From the IMG/VR virus record IMGVR_UViG_3300028920_000119, positions 1 through 44,675 of that record: a DNA stretch of 44,675 nucleotides; one strand, given 5' to 3'. Under the pieces are notes generated by a model. The model saw nothing but the letters and a program-made list of their open reading frames with translations, ran no database searches and had not been told where the DNA came from. This DNA is from a virus. Taxonomy: Duplodnaviria > Caudoviricetes. Positions 9,830 through 17,652 of the stretch are shown one piece after another. Each line of letters opens with the position of its first letter. Positions within the stretch are counted from its first letter, which is position 1. The translations under genes were made by a program, and so were the position numbers.

Positions 9830-10084
9830 TTACCTCAACGCCACGATGTCTTCGGCATCTGTGCCGGTGTCGTACACCATGTCCGCCTGAATCGGCAGCA
9901 GGCCTACACCTACGTTGCCGAAGACGCAGTCCGAGCCGTCCGCCATACGAACCTTCAAAGCCCCTGCCGTACCAATGTACAGAGCCCTTGTCAGGTCGAT
10001 GGTGTTCGAGTCGTGTGGTGTAACAGCCGTAGCCGTAATCGCGGGGTTTCTCACATTGGGTACGTTGTGACCTCGCTCACTCAT
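9830..10084 (-). CDS. Head spike base protein (RcGTA Rcc01079-like)
   Basis: 84 aa; ATAVTPHDSN..TRALYIGTAGALKVRMADG..LLPI..VYDTGTDAEDIVAL matches the family pattern as I recall it. Confidence 0.8.
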   Translation of the reverse strand: MSERGHNVPNVRNPAITATAVTPHDSNTIDLTRALYIGTAGALKVRMADGSDCVFGNVGVGLLPIQADMVYDTGTDAEDIVALR

Positions 10085-10382
10085 AGTCTTTCTCCTTGTT
10101 CAGCATTATAGCTGTAATCTTCTCAGGCACAGCTTCAGCCAGATCGTTGAAGATCAGCAGGGCAAAGTTCCTGTGACCCTCAAGGAAAAAGGTCTGGCTG
10201 TTACCTGTGAATGTCGTAGAAAACACTTTGCCAATCTTCATCAATCGCTTGAAGAAACGAAGACCCTGCGGTGTAGCCGCAAGAGCCTTGATGTCATTCA
10301 ACTCCTGCTCACGCAGAAGACGTTGCTCTTCAGCTTGTTTCTGTATTGCTGCTTCATCCGCTACGTTGTGCTGCTTGCTCAT
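10077..10382 (-). CDS. Bbp19-like protein
   Basis: ELNDIKALAATPQGLRFFKRL..FSTTFTGNSQTFFLEGHRN; immediately after the portal. Confidence 0.8.
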   Translation of the reverse strand: MSKQHNVADEAAIQKQAEEQRLLREQELNDIKALAATPQGLRFFKRLMKIGKVFSTTFTGNSQTFFLEGHRNFALLIFNDLAEAVPEKITAIMLNKEKDYE

Positions 10383-12058
10383 GTGGGACTCCCTGTGACA
10401 ACCTCCAGCATACTCTTGTCCCCGACAGGAGTCTCCGAAGCAGTCTTGGCTGTTTCAGCAGCATTGCGTAGCTGCTCCTGCATGGCCATTGCCTGTTGCT
10501 GCTGAGCCCTCTGCTGCCGGATCGCAGCCACATCCTTGTTGCTTCGTATGATCTTCGGTGGGACGCCCACCATCACACTGTACGAGTCCACCGCCTCGTC
10601 CGCGTCGAACTTGTCGATGACCGACGGCGAGATAGAAGCCAGGGCCCCAACAAACTCAATGGTCTTCTCGATGCCCACCGTGCCCACAGCTTTTTGGGCC
10701 TGAGCCAAAATGGATATGTAATCCACCTTCAGGTCTTGCCCTTCAAGCTCCGGGGGGGCAGGGGGGACAAGACCGAAACGCAGCATGACATTATAGGTTC
10801 TGTTGATCGCCGGTTCGAGAAGCTCGGACTGCAGCCCCTCCAGTACCGGCCCGAGAACCTGGGCCTTCTCTTCGTAGAGCTTGGCGATCTCAGTGGCTGT
10901 ACGCTGCCGGTCATCCATGTTGATAATGGCCAGGAAGAGATCGTTATAGAAGCCTCTCTGGATACGCTTCTCCACACGATCGATCTCGAACGCCATGTTC
11001 TGGAGGTCAGGCTTGACCTGATAGACTGGGGTAAAGCCCTGCTGTCCCTGCTGCACATCGAGGTAGTTAACACCGCCGGACACTATCGTGCCGCCTTGGG
11101 CCCTCATGCTGGACGGTGCATTCATCGGCGGGTCGACCATCTTGTCAAGAGCCTTCAGCTTCTTCTTCTCCATGGACTGGAGCATCTTGACATCGCCAAG
11201 AACATCCATGCCGGGGGCGTCGCCATAGACGTTAGTCCCAGACACCTGCCAGCGGGGAGCCACAAAGGGCTTGTCGGCGTAGCCCTTCACTCGAAGGAAC
11301 CTGTCGGGGGTGCCGTGGTACTCATAGTAAACGGACTCATAAATCATACTGGCCGGAAGCCTCAACATGCTCCCTCTCTGCTTCGGCTGGATGCAATGAA
11401 CAATCTTGACAGGCTTCTCGGACTTATTGTTGTAAGCCGTTTGCACCGACTTGGAGCAAGACTCAAAAGTGAACATGTCGACCATCTGCCAGGGTGTCAA
11501 CTCTATGATCCGGTAGAGCGTGTCCACCGAGAACTGAGAGTTTTGGCCGAGAACATATTCACCTATAGTGAAGGGTCTGCATCGTATGACCTTGGTCGTG
11601 TCTTCATCGATGATCATCGCTGCAGTACCGAAGGGTGCAAGCTCGGAATAGATGTTGTGGACGGCACCGTAGAAGTTCGACCTGGCAAAGACGTACATCA
11701 TCCTGTTGCGTAGGGTGTGAAGCCACTGACGCACCGGCTGAAGCTCGGCCAGGGTGTCGTCGGCCGTGGTCAGAACAAACCAAGGTCTCGACGGAGAGGT
11801 CAATCCCCCTTGAAGACCAGAGGCTATGATCTTGATTGCCTCCCCTGCAGTGCCGTTGATGATGTTGCCGTGTTTCTTGGCCCCCCTCTTCTCGTCCAGG
11901 GAGTCACTGATAAGGAACCTACCTTTACGCGGCTGCAGGTAATCGACCAGTTCCTTGTAGTGCTGCTTCCAGCCCTGTGTTTCCAAGATCGAACGAAGAG
12001 CCTTATGTCGCTTGCGGTAAGGCTCCGTCACTGTGCTAGTGGTTTTTGTTGTGGCCAT
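10379..12058 (-). CDS. Portal (head-tail connector)
   Basis: 559 aa; LASGLQGGLTSPSRPWF-type motif, APRW..YG..PGMDVLGDVKMLQ, RTATEI..EEK..LGPVLE, VDYISILAQAQK. Confidence 0.95.
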   Translation of the reverse strand: MATTKTTSTVTEPYRKRHKALRSILETQGWKQHYKELVDYLQPRKGRFLISDSLDEKRGAKKHGNIINGTAGEAIKIIASGLQGGLTSPSRPWFVLTTADDTLAELQPVRQWLHTLRNRMMYVFARSNFYGAVHNIYSELAPFGTAAMIIDEDTTKVIRCRPFTIGEYVLGQNSQFSVDTLYRIIELTPWQMVDMFTFESCSKSVQTAYNNKSEKPVKIVHCIQPKQRGSMLRLPASMIYESVYYEYHGTPDRFLRVKGYADKPFVAPRWQVSGTNVYGDAPGMDVLGDVKMLQSMEKKKLKALDKMVDPPMNAPSSMRAQGGTIVSGGVNYLDVQQGQQGFTPVYQVKPDLQNMAFEIDRVEKRIQRGFYNDLFLAIINMDDRQRTATEIAKLYEEKAQVLGPVLEGLQSELLEPAINRTYNVMLRFGLVPPAPPELEGQDLKVDYISILAQAQKAVGTVGIEKTIEFVGALASISPSVIDKFDADEAVDSYSVMVGVPPKIIRSNKDVAAIRQQRAQQQQAMAMQEQLRNAAETAKTASETPVGDKSMLEVVTGSPT

Positions 12059-12091
12059 GTCAAGGACTTCCTTTTCCCGAAGGCCTGAAGA

Positions 12092-12301
12092 CTACTGACC
12101 TAGCAGAGTCTTCCGCTGGACGTTGGCCGCCGAGGAAACACCCAACGGTGAAGTTGCTATGGTGTCATCACGACCTGTCGCAGCCCTTCGCCTTGCAGCT
12201 TCACGATCACGAGCTTCTCTCGCAGCTACGTTGGCAGTATTATCCACCGGAGGCTCCACAACCTTCGGTATCGATGGTGTCTTTGGCTTACTGGTACACA
12301 C
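12092..12301 (-). CDS. Small virion-associated protein
   Basis: MCTSKPKTP..TIATSPLG..RKTLLGQ, typical of the small gene between TerL and portal; GGAG RBS, GTG start. Confidence 0.75.
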   Translation of the reverse strand: MCTSKPKTPSIPKVVEPPVDNTANVAAREARDREAARRRAATGRDDTIATSPLGVSSAANVQRKTLLGQ

Positions 12302-12313
12302 AGCTAAGCTCCT

Positions 12314-13894
12314 TTATTCGAAAAGTTCATACTCAGTCTGCACCTTGTCCGGCCCCGCTGTCAAGATTTTTGACCCAAGCGGAACCACCTCGCCATATGC
12401 AGAAAAGCTCCGGTCACCCCGGAGATCACTGTCAGGGAACTCGGCCCGGAGATCCGGATCGATGATCCTTGCCATACAATCCAGAACGTCGTCATGCAGT
12501 GCAACAGGAAAAGCCAGGTACTCGTTGTTCACAAACTCCTGCACAAGATCCCTGAGGTTATTCTCGTAGTCGGTGAAGAGCAGCCTCGGAGGCAGCCACA
12601 TCCGGCCCTGCTCGAACACAGGAACCAGCCGCCTGATCCTATCGAACTTGGGAGTCTGCCCACCAATTGGGCTGATGTTGAACCGGTAGTTCCGGATCTC
12701 CATCTCATATTCAATATGCTCGTTATCAGCCTGCAGGCCGTACTTCTCGTAGACGACCTTCAGTGGCTGCCACTTCCTAACGAGGTCGAACAGCCTTGAC
12801 GCCCGCTCAGTAAGATTGAGCCGGTCCCTGAAACCATCCAGAAGGTAGTAGTTCCTGTCAGGGGCCAGGGCTATGACGAGCATCACCGTGTAGTCATTCT
12901 CTTTCTTCTTCTCTCCAGCGGGATCGACCAGGATGTAGATGTTCCATCCCGAGGTCACCGACTGATCGATATGGGAGTAGGTTCGAAGCCAGGACTCCTG
13001 AAAGCCCATGGCCCTATCGGCCGTCGGGTTCTGAAGCATCTGGGCCGAGAAGATGTAAGGGCCCATCTCCCTCCGTTTGTCCCGGAGGGTCTGTTCCGGC
13101 ATGAAGACTGAAGCTCCATCGATGTCTCCGTTCTCTGTGGCGGGGTATATCCGAGGTATGGCCGCCTTACGCTCCATGATGATCTTGTAAGTGTCATTGA
13201 ACCTGTACCTCGTTCCGATGTACCGCTTGGCCCCACCCTCAGCCGCCAGGTTGAGACTCATACCCCATGCGTTGTTCACCTTCTCGATCTGCTCCGGCGT
13301 TGTGACCGACTCCAGAGTGACGACGTCATCGTAGATCATCAGCGTGAAGTGCCTGCTGGTGGGCTGGCCGTCAACGAGACCATGGGCCTCGATGGTGGCT
13401 TCCTTCGGGTTGCTGTCACGCTTGACGATAATGCCGTTGTCTATAGACCACTTCGGTGATTCACGCTTCGGGTTGGCCCAAAGGACATCCGGGAAGAGGC
13501 CTTTGAGGAACTCATTCTCCTCAAACTCACGCATGATCTGGCCGAGGAAGCTCTTCGAGATCGGCTTCGTGTGGCTGAAGATGCCGACAGTGATCGAAGC
13601 GTTGTTGAGGATGTCCTGGATCGTCTTGCCGAAGGTGATGATGGTTGACTTGTAATGCTCACGAGCCCACAGGTCGAGGAAGCCGTCAGGCTCGGCCTCA
13701 ACCTCGCGGACCCGGGCATACAGCCAAGGCTTGTTGATGTCCCGCCGGTTGCAGGCCACCGTGAGAAGGAAGAACAGATCTTCCTTGCACAGCCTCCGGA
13801 GATCGTCCGGCGAGCCGTCACGCATGACATTCTCATAGAGGCTGTTTGACTCCTCACGAATCAAATGCCCACAAAGCGTCTTCCGCTTCGGCAT
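12314..13894 (-). CDS. terL: Terminase large subunit
   Basis: Deviant Walker A WAREHYKST, Walker B IYDD, nuclease ILVDPA and HDDVLD; TGATG coupling to terS. Confidence 0.92.
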   Translation of the reverse strand: MPKRKTLCGHLIREESNSLYENVMRDGSPDDLRRLCKEDLFFLLTVACNRRDINKPWLYARVREVEAEPDGFLDLWAREHYKSTIITFGKTIQDILNNASITVGIFSHTKPISKSFLGQIMREFEENEFLKGLFPDVLWANPKRESPKWSIDNGIIVKRDSNPKEATIEAHGLVDGQPTSRHFTLMIYDDVVTLESVTTPEQIEKVNNAWGMSLNLAAEGGAKRYIGTRYRFNDTYKIIMERKAAIPRIYPATENGDIDGASVFMPEQTLRDKRREMGPYIFSAQMLQNPTADRAMGFQESWLRTYSHIDQSVTSGWNIYILVDPAGEKKKENDYTVMLVIALAPDRNYYLLDGFRDRLNLTERASRLFDLVRKWQPLKVVYEKYGLQADNEHIEYEMEIRNYRFNISPIGGQTPKFDRIRRLVPVFEQGRMWLPPRLLFTDYENNLRDLVQEFVNNEYLAFPVALHDDVLDCMARIIDPDLRAEFPDSDLRGDRSFSAYGEVVPLGSKILTAGPDKVQTEYELFE

Positions 13895-14484
13895 CAAAGC
13901 TCCTCGTCAATCTTGTCTTTGATGAGCTTGTCCAGCCGGGCTTCCAGACCCGGGAGGTTATGGACATGCTCGTGCTTGAATGGCTCGGTGTTGCTGAGGT
14001 CCAGGCGGTCGGGGGCGTTGAGACCCTTGATCTTGCAAAGCTGCTCAAGAGCCTTGAGCTTGTCGGAGGTCCTCAGCTTCTTCAGCAGCGTGTTGATAGA
14101 CTTCCGCTTGCCAGTCTCGTCATCTTCATCCATGAAGGCTTCCATCGCCTGGATGTCGAGACTGGCTATCGCCCTCCGGGTGGCCAGCGGAATTTCCTTG
14201 ATGCTCCGCAGGTTGCCATCCTCGTCGAAGATCTGGCTGATGTCGAAGAAGGCGACAAACGAAAGCTCACGAATGATGCGATCGGCCGTGGCTCCATACA
14301 GATCCATGGCCGGATCTGTGAAGACCTTGATCATCATCTTGACCTCGGAGGATTTCATGAGTTCCGAGGCCGCGGAACCTGCCGAGGCTCCCTCGGCACC
14401 GTAGGCGTCCCGGTAGGCAGCGGATTGGTTGCCGCCGTTGGCCGCGTAGGCGAGGGCGTACTTGATTTTGTTCTCTGTAAGCAT
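13894..14484 (-). CDS. terS: Terminase small subunit
   Basis: NQSAAYRDAYG HTH, ADRIIRELSFVAFFD, DKLKALEQL; ATG 14484 with GGAGG RBS. Confidence 0.85.
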   Translation of the reverse strand: MLTENKIKYALAYAANGGNQSAAYRDAYGAEGASAGSAASELMKSSEVKMMIKVFTDPAMDLYGATADRIIRELSFVAFFDISQIFDEDGNLRSIKEIPLATRRAIASLDIQAMEAFMDEDDETGKRKSINTLLKKLRTSDKLKALEQLCKIKGLNAPDRLDLSNTEPFKHEHVHNLPGLEARLDKLIKDKIDEEL

Positions 14485-14485
14485 G

Positions 14486-14869
14486 TCAGTCCTCCAGGAA
14501 GGCCTTGAGACCGAGCCATAAGGCTGAAAGGGTGCCCACGGCCATCGTGGTAACAATAGTGAGTATTATAGCAACAGAGACCCGCTCGCTGCGAAGTCTC
14601 ATCTGTCTGATCCACTTGTGGTTTTCCCGGAGAAGCTCTACTCCGGCATCGAGGTTGCCATCACCCAAGGCCGTCATCATACCGACGTGATTCCCAACAG
14701 CCGCGACTGAATCCTCGGTCAGCGAAGGAAATCGACAAGTATGGGGTGCCTTAGCCACCTCTTCACGGATGGCTTTCCGGATCTCCTCGAAGACATCATC
14801 CAGCGGAACCGCTTCGGTCTTGTCGGCCCCGGGGCGATGGAGGAGTATGTTCATCCCTTCGAGATCCAT
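14486..14869 (-). CDS. Membrane protein with C-terminal TM helix (holin-like candidate)
   Basis: ATG 14869 with GGAG RBS; hydrophobic VSVAIILTIVTTMAVGTLSALWLGL near the C-terminus. Confidence 0.5.
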   Translation of the reverse strand: MDLEGMNILLHRPGADKTEAVPLDDVFEEIRKAIREEVAKAPHTCRFPSLTEDSVAAVGNHVGMMTALGDGNLDAGVELLRENHKWIRQMRLRSERVSVAIILTIVTTMAVGTLSALWLGLKAFLED

Positions 14870-14917
14870 AATAACTCCAGTAGTTTGAATAGTTTTCAGG
14901 GTTAAGTAACTATAGAA

Positions 14918-14947
14918 ATTGTAGGGGTTAGTCGTAAGAGGGGGCAA
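14918..14947 (-). promoter_or_regulatory. Putative sigma70-type promoter for the packaging/structural operon
   Basis: Minus strand TTGCCC-18 nt-TACAAT in an AT-rich intergenic stretch. Confidence 0.45.
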
Positions 14948-15039
14948 GACATTTTTAGGGTCCACCCACCCCCCGAGCCTCCCCCCGCCGCCGAATCCCG
15001 GGGGTGGGGGTGCCCCGATCGGACGACCCCGGGTCGTTT

Positions 15040-15399
15040 TCAGGTCAGCAGGTCCGCGAGCCGGTCGGCCTCGCCCTGCTTGGCCAGCAAGGGCAAGAGA
15101 TCATCCGCCCGCATAACCAAGAGCCAAGGCTTTCCATTCCTCTTGTGAGCCACTACAGGGCTTTGACCCGGGCCAGCGTCGGCGGCCGCTTGGTCTATAG
15201 CCTTGTAGGCGTTGAACGACTCTACCCTCTTGACTTCGAAGTGCAGGAACCCATCCAAACATGTGCATACGTCCGGGCTATCCGGCGAGCCCTTGTATTG
15301 CTGGCCCCGGCGGGCACCTATGCCATGGGCCAGCAGGCAGCGGCAGAATTCACGCTCGCCCCGGGCCCCCTTGTCTCTGCTATTGATCTTCTTGGCCAT
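15040..15399 (-). CDS. Holliday junction resolvase (Hjc-like PD-(D/E)xK)
   Basis: NSRDKGARGERE..SPD..HFEVKR..PVVAHKRNGKPWLLVM. Confidence 0.85.
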   Translation of the reverse strand: MAKKINSRDKGARGEREFCRCLLAHGIGARRGQQYKGSPDSPDVCTCLDGFLHFEVKRVESFNAYKAIDQAAADAGPGQSPVVAHKRNGKPWLLVMRADDLLPLLAKQGEADRLADLLT

Positions 15400-15405
15400 G
15401 AAGCC

Positions 15406-15435
15406 AGCATACCACAGGGCCCTGCAGGGTGTCCA
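15406..15435 (-). promoter_or_regulatory. Extended -10 promoter; leaderless resolvase mRNA
   Basis: Minus strand TGGACA-18 nt-TATGCT preceded by TGTGG (TGn); ATG lies 6 nt after the -10; no SD. Confidence 0.65.
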
Positions 15436-15591
15436 GCCAGACCAGAGAGGCCCTATCCCACTTCTCGCCGGGGTTGGGCCAGCGGCGGGCCCTTGCGGCC
15501 GCTGGAGGGCCGCAGGGCCTGATGATCTTTCAAAGGTTTCATGGGGTCTCTATGGCTCTTTAGCTTACTGGGAAAACCCGGGTTTGGGCCC

Positions 15592-15797
15592 AATAGGGAC
15601 AAAAGGGCCCTAACCCCTAAAGGGGTCGTCCCTATTGTCCCTATTGGCTTTTCCAAGTCCAAGGCCGCCATACACTTAAGTAGAGGCCCTCTGTCCCTGT
15701 TTTGTCCCTATTGTCCGTATTTTCCTAATCCTTTTTGCATAAGGACTTACAAAGCACAAAATAATACGGACATAGAGCGTTGTCCGTTGTCCCTATT
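15592..15797. repeat. Iteron-like 9-mer cluster GTCC(C/G)T(A/G)TT; candidate replication origin
   Basis: Forward copies at 15628, 15637, 15693, 15704, 15713 and 15789; inverted copies at 15592-15600 and 15763-15771; non-coding gap between divergent operons. Confidence 0.7.
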
Positions 15798-15867
15798 AGA
15801 CCCTACCCGACAACCTATCAAACAGGCCTCGCCGGGCCCACCCGGCAAATAAATTTGATTTTCTTTC

Positions 15868-15896
15868 TTGACAGTAAATAGCCCAGACCCTATACT
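15868..15896 (+). promoter_or_regulatory. Strong sigma70-type early promoter
   Basis: TTGACA(15868)-17 nt-TATACT(15891), with an AT-rich UP-like tract AAATAAATTTGATTTTCTTT upstream. Confidence 0.9.
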
Positions 15897-15935
15897 TCAC
15901 CTATCGGCAATGACGCCGGACGGAAAGGACCCATT

Positions 15936-16715
15936 ATGGCATATACTCCAAGGCACCGACGGACTGAAAACAAGTCAACCCCCATCGCCGCCCTGAAGAG
16001 CCTCGCCGCGGCATACCGATCCCTGACGGACCTGTCCGGCCTGAAGCCAAGCATCAGCCTTGGCAACGTCAAGACCGGCTTCATTCCGAGCATCAGCCTG
16101 CCGCCGCTGTATACCTGCCCAAACTCCGCGGAGTGCCGCAAGTCCTGCTATGTTATGACGAACATGTTGCGAGGCCCTCACGCCGGAACGATCGCCAAGG
16201 CCTATGTCAAGAACTGGCTTCTCTTCCAAGCGGACGCCGACAAGTACTTCAGCGACGTCATAAGCCAACTGGCCAAGGTCTTCTCCAAGGGTATCAATAC
16301 CAAGGCCAAGAAGCGGCTGGCCAGCAGGAACACTAACCCGGCGGACATCTACACTCCTGACCTTGTCCGTTGGAACGTGAGCGGTGACCTGCCTAATCAG
16401 CGATACCTAGAGGGTGCCAAGGCCGTGGCCAAGGCGTTCCCGGGTGTCCGGTTCTTGATCTTCACGAAGAACTACGACACCGCCAGCCGGACCGGCTTGG
16501 ACTTCAGCGACCTGCCCGCCAATCTCGAAGTAGTGTTTAGTTGCTGGCCCGGTCAAGACCTGCCGACGGACACCAAAATACCAAGGGCTTGGCTGACCAC
16601 GGACGATAGAGCGGGCGACGAGCCCCGGACGGATTGCCTGATGAATTGCCAGACTTGCCGCAAGTGTTGGGCCCTGTCCGCCAACAAGCAGGCTATCGAA
16701 TTCGAAGTACACTAG
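15936..16715 (+). CDS. Gp88-like (radical-SAM-like, Cys-rich) phage protein
   Basis: SISLPP..TCPNSAECRKSCY (Cx5Cx3C), VRWNVSGD, FTK, C-terminal CLMNCQTCRKCW; GAAAGGA RBS. Confidence 0.8.
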   Translation: MAYTPRHRRTENKSTPIAALKSLAAAYRSLTDLSGLKPSISLGNVKTGFIPSISLPPLYTCPNSAECRKSCYVMTNMLRGPHAGTIAKAYVKNWLLFQADADKYFSDVISQLAKVFSKGINTKAKKRLASRNTNPADIYTPDLVRWNVSGDLPNQRYLEGAKAVAKAFPGVRFLIFTKNYDTASRTGLDFSDLPANLEVVFSCWPGQDLPTDTKIPRAWLTTDDRAGDEPRTDCLMNCQTCRKCWALSANKQAIEFEVH

Positions 16716-16722
16716 TCCCTCC

Positions 16723-16804
16723 GCCCGACGGCGTTCGGGCCGGTTCGACTCCGGCCCCGGGCATTGAACACCAACCGCCGCGAAGCGGCAGAAAGGACGT
16801 AGCA
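16723..16804 (+). ncRNA. tRNA-like intergenic repeat, copy 1
   Basis: GCCCG-ACGGCGTTC-GGGCCGG-TTCGACT-CCGGCCC-CGGGC-A, then TTGAACACCAACC, GCCGC-GAA-GCGGC hairpin and AGAAAGGA; next ATG 16805. Confidence 0.8.
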
Positions 16805-17560
16805 ATGATAGATTTCACGAACAAGTACCCGGTCACCCCCAAAGAGCGGACCCTTATCGGCTCCATCGTCAAGCGGGCGATTCACGAGCCCCAAACGGTC
16901 CTGCCGAAGAGCCGGACAGACATCCTCATAGCAGAGCTTGAGCTTACGGCGGCCCTCGCCGCGGCCCACGCCAACATTGAGGCTCTGGACCTGAACAGCA
17001 TGCTTGCCGCACCGCTGGAAGACCTGATGCACGACGTGGTCCGTATCCAACGCCATATCTCCAGCGATGGCACCAAGTTTGTTTCGCCCATCGGCCTGAA
17101 GTTCTCGATGCGGCGGGCACCTCTGCGGTACGTCTTGGCTGCCGACGTGGCTGGCCCGGAGAAGAGGTCCATCGAGCGACAACGCACCGGGCCCATGACG
17201 CTGGACGAGGCCCGCAAGGCAGTGATGGATATGTTCCCCGGGTCTGACGTCTCCTGCGGGCGAAAGACTGCCTCTCCGCAGGTGGTCAAGGTCTACTTGG
17301 CCCAGACGCCATACGGCGAGGGCCGTGTTAGCTCCGGCTTCATCTTCTCGATCGACAAGGCCGCCGACGAGCCCGAGGACGCCACAGACGTGGCGGAATG
17401 CTACCTGTGTGGCAAGACCCGGAGCAGGGCCGATCTTGCCTGCTTCGAGGACTCCAAGGGCTTCCACGAGGCCTGCATGGACTGCATAGCAGAGCAGGAA
17501 GAGGAAGACCGTATCTGCCGCGGCGAGATGGCCAAAGACCCGGCAGACTACCAAGAGTAG
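16805..17560 (+). CDS. Hypothetical protein with DUF6874-like N-terminal domain and C-terminal CxxC..CxxC
   Basis: True start ATG 16805 after the repeat SD; LDLNSMLAAP..DLMHDVVRIQRH; CYLC..CMDC. Confidence 0.7.
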   Translation: MIDFTNKYPVTPKERTLIGSIVKRAIHEPQTVLPKSRTDILIAELELTAALAAAHANIEALDLNSMLAAPLEDLMHDVVRIQRHISSDGTKFVSPIGLKFSMRRAPLRYVLAADVAGPEKRSIERQRTGPMTLDEARKAVMDMFPGSDVSCGRKTASPQVVKVYLAQTPYGEGRVSSGFIFSIDKAADEPEDATDVAECYLCGKTRSRADLACFEDSKGFHEACMDCIAEQEEEDRICRGEMAKDPADYQE

Positions 17561-17569
17561 ACGCATCCC

Positions 17570-17652
17570 GCCCGCTGGTGCCGTTGGGCCGGTTCGACTC
17601 CGGCCCCGGGCATTGAACACCAACCGCCGCGATGCGGCAGAAAGGACTCACC
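17570..17652 (+). ncRNA. tRNA-like intergenic repeat, copy 2
   Basis: GCCCG-CTGGTGCCGTT-GGGCCGG-TTCGACT-CCGGCCC-CGGGC-A, then TTGAACACCAACC, GCCGC-GAT-GCGGC and AGAAAGGACTCACC-ATG(17653). Confidence 0.85.

Noticed and set aside
10496-11713. Long antisense ORFs (e.g. 10496..11713, 2597..3466, 35300..36340, 40499..41416, 22098..23048)
   Set aside because: These are shadow frames opposite well-supported genes in GC-rich DNA, with no recognisable motifs.
15004-15852. ORFs 15004..15522, 15212..15613, 15453..15671 and 15541..15852
   Set aside because: They overlap the resolvase antisense or translate the 9-mer repeat region, have Pro/Gly-biased composition, and I saw no convincing RBS.
16777-16789. 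N4-type virion RNA polymerase hairpin promoter (GCGAAGC)
   Set aside because: The GAA loop is on the non-template strand and is not conserved (GAT, AAC, AGA in other copies), and I recognised no RNAP motifs in the giant protein.
17570-17640. HDV-like (theta) ribozyme
   Set aside because: The strand order is loosely similar, but P1 is 5 bp, the P3 equivalent is 7 bp, P1.1 and P4 are absent, and there is no catalytic C in the joining strand.
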